Shown one piece after another: positions 41,995 to 52,491 of a stretch of 64,000 nucleotides of DNA. The position numbers were made by a program, and so were the translations under genes. The first letter of the stretch is position 1. The number at the start of each line of letters is the position of its first letter. The stretch comes from Porphyridium purpureum (taxonomy: Eukaryota): positions 1,116,001 to 1,180,000 of the forward strand of contig VRMN01000004.1 of the NCBI GenBank assembly GCA_008690995.1. Direction: 5' to 3'. Below the pieces are notes generated by a model. It was not told the DNA's origin, did not search any database, and worked only from the letters and a program-made list of their open reading frames with translations.

Positions 41995-42747
41995 CTACAG
42001 TTTGGCGATGTATTTCCAACCGTCTTGCGTGCCGAGCGAAAGATTTCTCATGAACACACAAACCTCTGTCACTTTGGCTGGTTCGTCCCGAGCGCCGGCG
42101 AGCAGCTTTTTGCTGCCGCCGCTTTCTTCAATATAAAGGATGCGCTCGTAGCTGAAGCGGAGCGTAATCTGCGCCATGCGCATGTAATCACCGGGCTTGC
42201 CGGACTGGTCGATCACGCGTAATCTGAACGTGCGCGCCTGTAAGAACTCGTTCTGGCCCGGCGGCAGCGGCTGTTCACCATCGTGAGGATACGCCTGCCA
42301 GACATGCTCTTCACTCGGCGAGCGTTGCTGGATGCTGCGTATGAGCACTTGCGCTGGCTGTGGTGCGCATAGGTCCTGAAGGGTCCGCACGTCGCCGCGC
42401 GCATACGCTACATTAACTCGCCGGTAGATCTGCCACGCAGTTTGCTTGAACTCCTGTAGCGAAAATGCACGATCCGCCTGTTGAATCTTGCTCAACGAGT
42501 AGGCCGACTTAGCCGCACGAACTAGCGCGCGCCGTTTGGCACTCCACCATGCCGGCGTTAGCGGGAACGGGCGTGCAAGCGTGTCCACCTTGTACGGATC
42601 GACAACGCCGGTTTCCAACACTTCCACGCGCTTGTTCCGTGCGCCATTTGACAGCGCGCGTCGCGGCGCCTGTTTATATGCCTGGCTCTGCTGCAAATGG
42701 CGCACGGCACCGCCAACCCACTTTACGATCGCGCGCTCCAATCCCAT
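41995..42747 (-). CDS. Tim44-like domain protein (mitoribosomal mL45/Mba1-like)
   Basis: FSLQEFKQTA..IY..VN.AYARGD...AQITLRF...EVCVFMR....W pattern; basic N-terminal presequence. Confidence 0.75.
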   Translation of the reverse strand: MGLERAIVKWVGGAVRHLQQSQAYKQAPRRALSNGARNKRVEVLETGVVDPYKVDTLARPFPLTPAWWSAKRRALVRAAKSAYSLSKIQQADRAFSLQEFKQTAWQIYRRVNVAYARGDVRTLQDLCAPQPAQVLIRSIQQRSPSEEHVWQAYPHDGEQPLPPGQNEFLQARTFRLRVIDQSGKPGDYMRMAQITLRFSYERILYIEESGGSKKLLAGARDEPAKVTEVCVFMRNLSLGTQDGWKYIAKL

Positions 42748-42909
42748 CTTGGCCACGCTTGGCGCACCAAGGCGTCTACTTTTCAGACACTGACGTACTT
42801 GAGCTGAACAACAGCGGCAAGTACGAATGACATTTAATATCTCGCTGTCTGCGTGAGTGAGTATCTGCTATTCTTCCGCGCTCGCTTCATTCGATGCTGC
42901 CCACCGCCA

Positions 42910-43905
42910 TCACTGGAAAGACGGAAGCGACGGAAACGCTAATCCTGAGAAAACCGAGCCTGTCGTATCCATTTCGATCTCGTCACCAGACACAGCTTCA
43001 AGCGGTTTGTGGAAGGCCGAATGAACAAGGCAGACAAACATGCCACCCGTGAGTGCGCCAATGACTGCGCTGCCGACACCTGTTGCAAGCATGATGATGA
43101 AAGTGAGCACGGCAACACCTGTAATCCGCCGCGACAGCGTGCTGTCCTGAGCGCGCATCGCACTGCCCAGACGTGTCGAAATGAAGAAGCCCAGAAGCGC
43201 GAATATCACAAACATGAGCGGCTGTTGGTAGATCGCCAGTGCCATGAACGCAAAGGAGACCAGTGTGTAATTCGACCAATAGAACACGACATTGTGCCTT
43301 ACTCTGCCCAGTCCTTCCAAGGGCGCCGGGATCGAAAACTCCGACGGCCAGAAAAACGGCTTCCACGGCTGACACGCCGTCCAGAATGCCGCGCCGCGAT
43401 CCTTGAGCGAAACAATGAATGCGCGACTTCGCGCCACAAACACTTCGCGGCTGTGAAATAGCGGCAGCTGTGAGTAAGCACCAGAGGTTCCATCTAGATC
43501 GAGGTCGCCCGCGCTTTCATCCGAGAATGGCACCACAGAAGTACCGCCGCCTCCACCACTCCCTGAGCCGGCACCTCCGGCCGTCTGTGCAATCACACCG
43601 CTCACTTTGTCCGGCAATGACGCGATCGTTTCGGTCACTCCGTTCCACCAGCTCGAGACATCGAACGACTGAGGCGGCGCGTCGAACACATACACGTTCG
43701 CTTCCCGCATCGTCGCGTCTGCCGTGGCTGGCGCACTCGGACTTGGTTCGACTGGCGGGATTGCGCTTTCCCTACTGCTTGGATGATCACTTCGCGAGAA
43801 GGTCGAGGCGTCACCAACGCCGCCCGTTTGCCGAATCGTTACTGGAGTCGAAGTGGGAGGAAGTTCGGCGTCGTCAAATGAAAGCTCTGGGAACTTAAAG
43901 TCCAT
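42910..43905 (-). CDS. PRA1 (prenylated Rab acceptor) family protein
   Basis: PWKPFF..F..P....RVRHNVVFYWSNY, TM hairpins and LVHSAFH. Confidence 0.88.
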   Translation of the reverse strand: MDFKFPELSFDDAELPPTSTPVTIRQTGGVGDASTFSRSDHPSSRESAIPPVEPSPSAPATADATMREANVYVFDAPPQSFDVSSWWNGVTETIASLPDKVSGVIAQTAGGAGSGSGGGGGTSVVPFSDESAGDLDLDGTSGAYSQLPLFHSREVFVARSRAFIVSLKDRGAAFWTACQPWKPFFWPSEFSIPAPLEGLGRVRHNVVFYWSNYTLVSFAFMALAIYQQPLMFVIFALLGFFISTRLGSAMRAQDSTLSRRITGVAVLTFIIMLATGVGSAVIGALTGGMFVCLVHSAFHKPLEAVSGDEIEMDTTGSVFSGLAFPSLPSFQ

Positions 43906-44174
43906 GACGGTGGCACTCGCGCGCCGGGCCGTGGTTTGCTTCAACGCTGCCCGCTCTTTCCTCTCTTTCGAACTTTGGATTTGCCATTTGAACGCGCCGA
44001 CAGCTGGCACGTCGCACTAGGAGTTTTGCATGCTTCTGAAGTAGCGACGCGTCCGATCACGAGTGCACGGGCAGCAACCCGCCGGAGACACGAACGCGCA
44101 GAGTTTAATACAACGCTGAAAACCCAGACCGGATCGTTAGCTCCACATTTACTCGCAGGTGACGAGTGGGGTTT

Positions 44175-44668
44175 TCACACATTGAAGCCTTCGGCGCGAA
44201 GGCATGCCTTGTGTGCTTCGATAAGTGCTGCGCACGCTGAGGAGTGGCAAGAAAGACGGAATTTGCGCGGACAAAACAGCAGACATGCGTGTTAGTAGCG
44301 CCCCTGCATCGACTTCCCACATGAAGGCGATCCACTCAGCCCATGTGGCCCGTCAACCTACCGTCCGACCAGCTTCTAGTAGCCGAGCCCAGACCAGGCA
44401 TTCGAGGATTATCGCTTCAGAAATACGACCGCGACACATGTACACACATGTGCCCGCATGAAGAATCAAATGCTCTGTTCAACGTACCTTCCTCGCCATT
44501 CTCTACCATGCACTCATCTCGCGCCTTCTTGGTCTCCGGGCACGCGCAGCACATTTTCTTCTTTGGCTTGGGCGCGTCGCTTTCGCCCGCGCTGCTTGCG
44601 ACGGTCGCGGCTTGCGCGGTTGTCGCAGCCGCCGTTGGCGCAGCGTGTGTCTGTGCGTCGGGTTTCAT
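44175..44668 (-). CDS. COX17: Cytochrome c oxidase copper chaperone Cox17; exons 44668-44488 and 44236-44175
   Basis: [41 protein letters not shown] after removing a GT-AG intron. Confidence 0.93.
44237..44487 (-). other. 251-nt spliceosomal intron of COX17
   Basis: GTACGT donor, CTACTAAC branch box (44298-44291) and CAG acceptor; splicing restores the conserved frame. Confidence 0.9.
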
Positions 44669-44714
44669 GGCCACACCAATGTGCTCACGCTGACTCTTGA
44701 CTTTTCACACGCAC

Positions 44715-44752
44715 AACACACACACACACACACACACACTCACTCACACACC
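44715..44752. repeat. (CA)n microsatellite upstream of COX17
   Basis: Seen directly. Confidence 0.9.
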
Positions 44753-45070
44753 CACCTGCTCGTTTACACCCTTCGTCATTTTCCAGGGGACACTTGTGAG
44801 ACGCCGCAGGCGCTCGAACTTGTGAACGTGGCTGAGATGGAGATACAGTGGTGCAATCCGATAATTTGGGGGTGTTTTTATATGGAAGGGAGTGTAGGTA
44901 CAGTGAGTTCTGGAATTTTTGAATTGGAGCGGCGCGTGGCAAGTGCGCAGGTGGTGGTGTTGTGTGGTGCCGAGGAAGAAAGAGGAGCAGAGCGACAGGC
45001 AGGGAGGGAGGGAGGGACGGAGAGAGAGTAAGAGCGATAGAGGGTGGAAGGGGTTTGGAACGAGGCGAGA

Positions 45071-45271
45071 ATGACACGAGGAAACCAGCGCGAAATTGAT
45101 CGTGCGAGGGCGCAGGCACGGGCGGAGAAGAACGCCGGGAAGAAGAAGGAGAAGGGCGACGGCAACCAGGCGCAGAAGTTGTCAAATAAGAAGGAGGCCG
45201 ACGCGGAGATCATGCGCAAGAAGCAGCAGGCGGCTGCGGAGAAGGCGGCCGCGCAGCAGGCCGGAAAGTAG
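45071..45271 (+). CDS. SERF: Small EDRK-rich factor (SERF/4F5)
   Basis: MTRGNQREIDRARAQ...DAEIMRKKQ. Confidence 0.93.
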   Translation: MTRGNQREIDRARAQARAEKNAGKKKEKGDGNQAQKLSNKKEADAEIMRKKQQAAAEKAAAQQAGK

Positions 45272-45469
45272 ATAAGGGTCTCACTGGATTTCCTTGACAG
45301 TAGACCATGCGGTGGGCGAAAAGGTGAATTGAACCGTAGAAAGGGAAATCTTTTTTCTCTCGATGATTCTCTCTATCTTTCATGTCAACACACGTTTGCT
45401 CTTTTTTCTCGTTCTCTGATACATACAAAAGTGGCTCTCACTCACCAGCTTGGCTGACCAGCCCACTGG

Positions 45470-47998
45470 CTAGGCTAGCGCGGGTCGACGCCTGGACTTG
45501 ATGTGGAGCTGTGGCTGCGACGTTGCAGTTCCACTTGGACTTTCGGGACTTGATGCTTCGCACCCCAAATCATCTCCGTTATTCCTGCCTTCGTCATCCT
45601 CATTTTCGCTGCCGCTGTACAAGCTCTCACTTCCGCGCGGTACGCGCAGCGTACCGTGGTCGTCAAACGCCTCGAGTGGCGGTGCAGACGGAGTGTACAG
45701 ATGCTTTCGATAAGCAAGGGGCACGTCTCCATCGCTGCTGCTAGTGCCAAGGTTACCTGGACCGTCATCATGATACGTGCCCTTCATTACAGCTCCTTGC
45801 TCGAGGTCGTGCTCGAAATGATTACCGGATGGTCCGCGCGCATTTGATAGACCTGAGTCAGTCTTCGCCGACGGTGCTGCACCTGTCGTCGCTCTGGTAT
45901 CGGGTTTGCCACCATTCTGCTTCCCACCATCATCTCCTTCCACCGCGTCTCGAATTTCGTCAAGCTCCTTTTGGTGTCGTCGTTTGGCGAGCCGCTTCTT
46001 TGCCATGGGGATTCCGAATTTGACGACCACAAAGACAATGATTAGCACAATTATCCCAATCAAGCCCAAGTAGAGCAGATTCCGCCAGCACCCCAGACGC
46101 ACAAAGCAAGTGATACTGAAAAAGGATGGGCAGTCGGCCAAACACTGCAATGCGCCCGATGTGGATGCAGAATCCGACCCTTGTGGACCGCTGCTTTCCC
46201 CGCCTTGTTCTTCCCGATCCTGGTCGACAGAGAAACTCGTAAAGTTTGCGCGGAATGATGACACATTCTGACCAATCGCGTCGGAAAGCAGCACATCACA
46301 GGAATGTTGCCCTCCAAGAATGGTCTCGGCCTCGACCTGAAACTCCACCGTTTTGTTCTCCCGCGAAGTCAGAAAGACGCTCTTGGCAAGAATTGGTGCA
46401 ATGTCCGGTCCGCAGAAACTGCTCAGCGTGTACTCGGCCGTGCGGTAGCCTGTGTTTTCAATACCGACCCGAAGCAGCCCATCCTTTGAAAACGCAGCGA
46501 ACGGAAGGATGGTCGCATTCAAAATTAAGCCGGGGGACACAGTGACTTGAGTGAACAGGGCGTCTGCTGCAAAAGACAACAGAAGCTCGGCGTTCTGGTA
46601 CCGCTCCGTTTCAAAGTATAGCTTGGGCTGCTGAGAAAACATGTCCCTCGCGGAAAGCATGCCAAAATTGGAGAGAAAATAGGAGCCCTTGAGCCCCTTG
46701 GCTTCGCGTTCCAGGTCTTCTTGGTAGTAATCTTCCAGCTGGTTGCGCAGGCAACCGCCTTGCGGTTGTTCGCATGCGTTCGCCTGGTTTCGGTACGCAC
46801 TGTGCGCAACGCCTATCTTGTCGCATTCTGAGCCATCGAGCGTCACCAAGTGCCGGTCGACCAGCATCCATCGCTGATGCTCGGGGCCTGTCGGGTCCCT
46901 CGAAATGCGCGCAATGCATTCTTCGGTAAACTGATCACACGTAACCGGCCACATAAAGTACTTGGAAGACAGATCAAGCGTACCTTGCCATGCTGCATAG
47001 TCACCGAGCAGCCGTACCTGCAGCGTGCCGTTTGAAGCCAAAAGAATCGGTTGTTCGGGCGACACCACGACTTGTTCACTGTAGCAACTGATAGAGTCTT
47101 TGGCTGAGGCATGTATCCAAGTTGTCCGGCCTATAGTCACATTGGTCTCGTTGTTGTTGTTCTTCTTGTTGTTGTTGTTGTTGTTGCCGCTGCTGCTGCT
47201 GCTATTCAACGGAAGATCACCAGAAGTCGGGTGGTCTAGGACATTGCAGTGCGTGATGTTGAGGGTGACGGTGTAAAGAACGTCCGGTGCCCGCACTTCA
47301 AACGCCGAGTACCACAGATTGCCAAACCTCAGGCAATGTGCAGAATAGTCAGACGAGCCCCCAAAGACAGAGAAAAAGGAACATTCGATTGCCGAGCGCG
47401 GGGCATCGTTCGATGTTCCCAAGTAGTCATCGAGCCCGCACTTACAGCAGAAACCCTGACTGTCCCAGACGCGGTCGTCCGCGTTCCGCGAGGATGGTGG
47501 GTCATAGAAGAAGCCACAAGATGCCGCATCGTCTTCCCATCCATCCCGACACGGATTGTACAACCAGTTGAAGGGGCCGTTCGTGTTTGTCTGCTTGGTG
47601 ACTTCGAACGGCTTGTTGTTGACATCGCGGAGGTAGAAGAGCGGGTATCGAAGCACAATCTTGGAGCGCGACATCGAGATTTCGCTTCGCTGCCTAAACT
47701 TGTACCCAACATTTGGGTCGGCATTGTCTAGTTCACCTGCTTTCTCCGTCAAGCTTCCGAACACAAGCTTTTCCGTGCCAGCCAGTGCGCCGTTTTGCAG
47801 TGCCACGGTGACAATGTACTTCTTTTCACATGTCAGCGACACGTTGGTGGTTGACGCTTCGTCCAGGCACTGCACAATTTGGCCGACGCCGGATACAACT
47901 GCGCGAGCGCTTGGTACACAAAGACGCATCACGGTTACGCCAAGCAACACGACAAGAGCGAGACGATGTCGGCTTGAGTCTACAGATAACATTCGCAT
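45470..47998 (-). CDS. HAP2: Gamete fusogen HAP2/GCS1
   Basis: Signal peptide; YPLFY..VNNKPFE, SQGFCCKC, SAHCLRF, ECDKIGV...CLRNQL; Cys-rich stem, TM helix and basic cytosolic start. Confidence 0.95.
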   Translation of the reverse strand: MRMLSVDSSRHRLALVVLLGVTVMRLCVPSARAVVSGVGQIVQCLDEASTTNVSLTCEKKYIVTVALQNGALAGTEKLVFGSLTEKAGELDNADPNVGYKFRQRSEISMSRSKIVLRYPLFYLRDVNNKPFEVTKQTNTNGPFNWLYNPCRDGWEDDAASCGFFYDPPSSRNADDRVWDSQGFCCKCGLDDYLGTSNDAPRSAIECSFFSVFGGSSDYSAHCLRFGNLWYSAFEVRAPDVLYTVTLNITHCNVLDHPTSGDLPLNSSSSSGNNNNNNKKNNNNETNVTIGRTTWIHASAKDSISCYSEQVVVSPEQPILLASNGTLQVRLLGDYAAWQGTLDLSSKYFMWPVTCDQFTEECIARISRDPTGPEHQRWMLVDRHLVTLDGSECDKIGVAHSAYRNQANACEQPQGGCLRNQLEDYYQEDLEREAKGLKGSYFLSNFGMLSARDMFSQQPKLYFETERYQNAELLLSFAADALFTQVTVSPGLILNATILPFAAFSKDGLLRVGIENTGYRTAEYTLSSFCGPDIAPILAKSVFLTSRENKTVEFQVEAETILGGQHSCDVLLSDAIGQNVSSFRANFTSFSVDQDREEQGGESSGPQGSDSASTSGALQCLADCPSFFSITCFVRLGCWRNLLYLGLIGIIVLIIVFVVVKFGIPMAKKRLAKRRHQKELDEIRDAVEGDDGGKQNGGKPDTRATTGAAPSAKTDSGLSNARGPSGNHFEHDLEQGAVMKGTYHDDGPGNLGTSSSDGDVPLAYRKHLYTPSAPPLEAFDDHGTLRVPRGSESLYSGSENEDDEGRNNGDDLGCEASSPESPSGTATSQPQLHIKSRRRPALA

Positions 47999-48673
47999 GG
48001 TTGCTTTCGCTCTTTACAAGCACAGATACGCACACATACACTTTCAGGGGCACTCGGGCGCACTGCATGCGCTTTCAGTGCAAGTCTTGGTCTCGTCCGT
48101 CCTCCTCAAGGCCACTGCTCCTGTCCTTTTCCTCGTCTTGCTCTGGATTCACGTAAGTAGACTCAACACGAATAGACGAGAAGAGTCGTCCTCATGGTTT
48201 ACCAACGAAAGCCTGAACACTATCGACCACCTTTTCCACACACACTAGTGTTTTGAGCACACTAAGAACACGGAGGGACCAAAGAGCAATCGTCGCACGG
48301 GTCTGACATGAGTGCCAGGAGCGGCGAATGTGCCGCAGAATTCTGCGGTCAAGCCACAGTGACTGCTTCAGCAGCACTATTTGAGATCCCTTCTTTTGAT
48401 CTCTAGTCTTCCGCGACCGGTCGCGCATGATTTCGAATCGCCTGCATCTTGCGACATCACATCTAGCATTCCTGCCCCGGGGACCACTGCGGCGCGGCGC
48501 ACTCACGTTCTGTGCAACGGCTCACTGCCATCTATGTTATGGCGTGTCGAGGGACCGAGCCCCGAGCCACGAACCACGGGCCGCGCTTGGCGTCCGCGCT
48601 CTGGCACGCGCGACGGCAGGAAGCCAAGTTGGTCAGCACGAAGCGCTGGTGGCGCGAGATGCGTCCGCAACCT

Positions 48674-48898
48674 CTAGTACCCGGGGTTTCCGCGAATACG
48701 ACGGCGCCGATCCAGCATATCACGCCTACACTGAGAATGTGCGATCTGGACGGAGCGGCACTCCTCTGACACCCCCGACGCCTCGGACTTGGCGCACTCC
48801 TCGAGCGCCTTTGATTGATCTGGGTGGTTGCGCACACACTCGCTGTCACTCAGGCACTGGAGCAGCCGCTGAAACAGCCCGGCGCACGACGACGACAT
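48674..48898 (-). CDS. COA5: COX assembly factor Pet191/COA5
   Basis: MSSSC...CL..SECV...C...C.......CRRDMLD.R.RIRGN.GY signature. Confidence 0.88.
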   Translation of the reverse strand: MSSSCAGLFQRLLQCLSDSECVRNHPDQSKALEECAKSEASGVSEECRSVQIAHSQCRRDMLDRRRRIRGNPGY

Positions 48899-50514
48899 GG
48901 CGCCCCCCAAACCCTCGAGGTGCCTTCTCTCCCGCTCTCACACTCACCGTCTACCATCCCGCCTTTCCCCAGACACCGTCGCTCCCCTCAAACCAGAGGA
49001 AACTGTACCTCCACCGCGCATTCACGATACCCTACTGTACCTACCACAACCCTAGAGTACAGTGAGCAGATCCTCCTGCCACTCACGTCAGCAGGCACGA
49101 ATTCAAAGCAGCACGCCATGATTGAAAAGCACGCTGCGGCGCCGCTCCTGCGGTGCTAGTTTCAACTAACGAACGCACCACGCAGCCAGCCAGCGGAGCC
49201 TGCTTCACCTTGTTGCCGGCGGCTCATCGGCGACGCACAGCGCCACTTACCGTCGTTCCTTTTCGCGGCGGGTGTCCCCTTGCATTTACCACAACCGACC
49301 GAGCCGGCGCATATGCGTTGCAGGCCAGGACACTTTTTTGTTACGGTACGTTCTGCACTGTGTCACTATGAACAAAACACGCCTACAGGCTGTATATGTG
49401 TGTCGGTGTGTGTATTTTGAGCAAGGATTCAAATAAACCTCATTGGTTGAGCAGCAGATACATATCATGATGATATGGAAAGTGTGTGTATACATGAGTG
49501 TGTATGTTTTGATATGAAAGACAAGTAGGAATGGCTAAAGAAATGACCCGATGTTGTGAGTTTGGCAGTCCGGTCTGGAAGAATGATTTCCGATTACGGG
49601 CGCTATTTCCAAAAGTAAAATACACGCGACAAAAACACCCTATTCTGAGCGTAAGTAGAGACGGTGACAAAATCAATAAGACTCTAAGAAGATCGAGCGC
49701 GCTCTGAAAACGATGGATACTATGGGAGGAAAGAGAGAGAGAGAGAGAAAAGGGGGGGAACGCCGCAAGAAGAGGAAAATGGGGGAAATTCAAACTGCCG
49801 CATTCATCATGCTTGTCGGGACGGACGGGCATGAAATCAAGCGGATTCATGGAAACCCATGTGTGCTGCTGCTGCTGCTGCTGCTGCTCCAGCATCATCC
49901 GATTCATCTACTCATCCAAGTCATCTCGTCATTCATCTATGCCAAAAACGTATGCAATAAGATATGCCGTTTTGGGGGGGTGGGGGGGCTAAACAGACAA
50001 GTGAGTCGTTTCTAGTTTGTTGTGTGGAGCGACGAACCAACACGTGGCTGTGTAAATGAGAGTCGTTCGTGTATGAGCTTTGTGCGCGAATCGCGAAACG
50101 AGCTCGGTAGTGATACTACATACATACATACATTCGCTAGTAACTTCGTACGCCGCATGGAATTCGTCCACCACGCGCGCAGAGTCCTCAGTGCCGTGTC
50201 AGTTGTGCAAGCCGGCGCGTGTCGCGCCCTGCGTATATAAACGTGGGCCGTTCTTAACGTAGCTTCCGTTCCACAGCCTGACGGGTTGGGCCGACGCGGC
50301 GGGAGCGACGGGGTTGGGCTTCTCAGTCATCGTGTCTCTGGCTCAGGTACCGAAACGCGGGACACGCGGCTTGGGAGAGCACACAGCGGAAAGAGGCACA
50401 GCGCGCGAGCTAAATAAATGCGGACGGAACGCGCCGGTCAAACGGGGAAGTGACAAAGACTAGCGTGATAATCTTGACTTGGACGACGCGACGCGCACAC
50501 ACGCCGCACGGGAC

Positions 50515-52197
50515 ATGCTTGTTCACGGAGCGACTCGAGGCGACGGCGAAGGAAAGGCGTACCGGACAGCAGCAGCCGTGCCGTTGTCGCCTTCTTCGAT
50601 GGAACCTTACCCGCAGCAACACGGAGCGTCGCGAACCGCACATTTTCCGGTAGTCCAGGGCCGCGACAGCGTCATACCGGGCCAGCAGCCCCTCCACGCG
50701 GTCGGGTTCAGTGGCGCCTCGCGATTAGGTACATGGGGCGCCGCCACGGCCGCCACCAACGAGTGTAACCGAGGCCCATCGACAAGCGCGCCGACATACA
50801 AGAATAGCCCCACACCCGCTTCGTTTGGGGGCACACCCACGTCTCTAGATTCGCTGGAGCACAAGAGGGCGCCCACGGGGGCACCCGTGTTCGGAAGCTA
50901 TCACGCGGGCGGGGATCCTACTCAAGCTGTGATGTTGGGTGGCGTGGGCTCGCTGCAAGACGAGCAGCTAGCCAGGCAGCCTTCCCAGCAGGAGCAACAG
51001 CTCTCGTCTGCCTTTCAAGACCGTGCACGCTCGCGGGAGCGCGACCGCGGCCGTCCTCTGCGCATGCAGGACCTCGTGAACGAAGAGGATGATGATCGAT
51101 TCTTGCCTATGGAAGAGGACGATGATACGTTCCGGTCAGTCAGGTGGCGGGGCTACCAGGGCGTCAGCTCACTGCGCGAAAATGCATTCCCAGACGGACC
51201 GTCGTCTCGGACCTCGCTGCCACCCGTTTCCGCGCTGAGCGCAAATAGCCAGAGTTACTGTACCGGCGCACCAGAGTCGTTTGGCGGGGTAGGCCCTACT
51301 CACGCGGATGGGCCAAGGTCAAACAACAGCAACTATTACTCGCAGCAGCTGCTTGCGCTCGGCACCTTGGCGCTGAATGACTCTCAACACCAGTCGTACA
51401 GTGCAGCGCCTCGGCCTGCGCCGTCGCCGCAATCCTACTCGCATATGCCTACCAACTATTTTGTCGCGCCTGCCGCAGTGAGCGCGTATCCGACGCAGGC
51501 ACAACAACAGCCGCTGCAGCCTGCGTACATGCATGGCGTGCCGCCGTCGGTGCCGGAGACACCACCGCGCAGTACAAATAGCATTCACAGCATGCCTGCG
51601 CAGTCTTATGGCATTCGCAAGTCGCTCAACACGCCACGCTCCATGTCACGAGCGGCTGAGCGTGCTGCGCTGGTATCGTCGCTGCCGAGTCCGCGGCGGA
51701 AGCAGCCATCAGATTCGCTTGGTTCGCTTGATACGAATGTTCACCACGGCACGCCCATCATTACGATGGAGAGGCCAAGCTCGTCGAATGCGTCGTTTGA
51801 ATTAAGCGGACCGTCGAGCTCGAACGGCAGCAAGCCGGCAATGCGCAAATGCTACATCGGAGCCAAGTCGAGCCAATTTTGTCACGTGTGCCGCCGCAGC
51901 AACAAGGCGGAATTTGCATTGTGCAGCAACCTTACGGATGGCAGCTGCCGCAAGGTCGTGTGCGACCGCTGTTTCTGCCGCTACGGATGGAGCTGGCAGG
52001 AATACCAGGACAATCCAGGTACGTGGAAATGCGCGCACTGCCTGGAACTTTGTCCCCCCAAAGCGTCGTGCCACTTGTATTCGAGAATCAACGCCGGCAG
52101 GGCGCAGAAAAAAGAGGCCAAGGAAAACATCAAGGCGGCCGGCAGTACCACCGCTGCTGCGCAAATAGATAATCACCAACGGCGTCCTCACCACTGA
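50515..52197 (+). CDS. Low-complexity protein with C-terminal multi-Cys zinc finger (zf-4CXXC/RING-like), putative transcription regulator
   Basis: SQFCHVC...CSN....CRKVVCDRC...W.CAHC...CP..ASC; TATATAAA at about 50234. Start codon uncertain. Confidence 0.75.
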   Translation: MLVHGATRGDGEGKAYRTAAAVPLSPSSMEPYPQQHGASRTAHFPVVQGRDSVIPGQQPLHAVGFSGASRLGTWGAATAATNECNRGPSTSAPTYKNSPTPASFGGTPTSLDSLEHKRAPTGAPVFGSYHAGGDPTQAVMLGGVGSLQDEQLARQPSQQEQQLSSAFQDRARSRERDRGRPLRMQDLVNEEDDDRFLPMEEDDDTFRSVRWRGYQGVSSLRENAFPDGPSSRTSLPPVSALSANSQSYCTGAPESFGGVGPTHADGPRSNNSNYYSQQLLALGTLALNDSQHQSYSAAPRPAPSPQSYSHMPTNYFVAPAAVSAYPTQAQQQPLQPAYMHGVPPSVPETPPRSTNSIHSMPAQSYGIRKSLNTPRSMSRAAERAALVSSLPSPRRKQPSDSLGSLDTNVHHGTPIITMERPSSSNASFELSGPSSSNGSKPAMRKCYIGAKSSQFCHVCRRSNKAEFALCSNLTDGSCRKVVCDRCFCRYGWSWQEYQDNPGTWKCAHCLELCPPKASCHLYSRINAGRAQKKEAKENIKAAGSTTAAAQIDNHQRRPHH

Positions 52198-52491
52198 TCG
52201 AACGAACCCTAACACTTGAATAACAAACGCGCTGTTTTACGTTAATACTTTCCAGCTTCTCAGCACGGCTACACCCCAAGCGGCCAAACCTTCCAAACGT
52301 TCTTCTTCATCGCAATCGGTTTATCGGCTTCTTCCATGAAACCGACAAGGGTTAATTGTCGTGCGGCGTTGCGGAGAAGAAAAGACGAGGGGAAGGCGCA
52401 AAAAACATGTGCAGACGAACGCGTAAGCCACTAATCATATTTATTGTCTAGTGGACGTCGAGGTGTTTCTTTCTTCCCTGTTCATTGCGAC

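Noticed and set aside
48896..49055. Plus-strand ATG overlapping the COA5 start in another CATG
   Set aside because: It opens only a short low-complexity frame (about 52 codons) with no motif, unlike the sirtuin/ATPase case.
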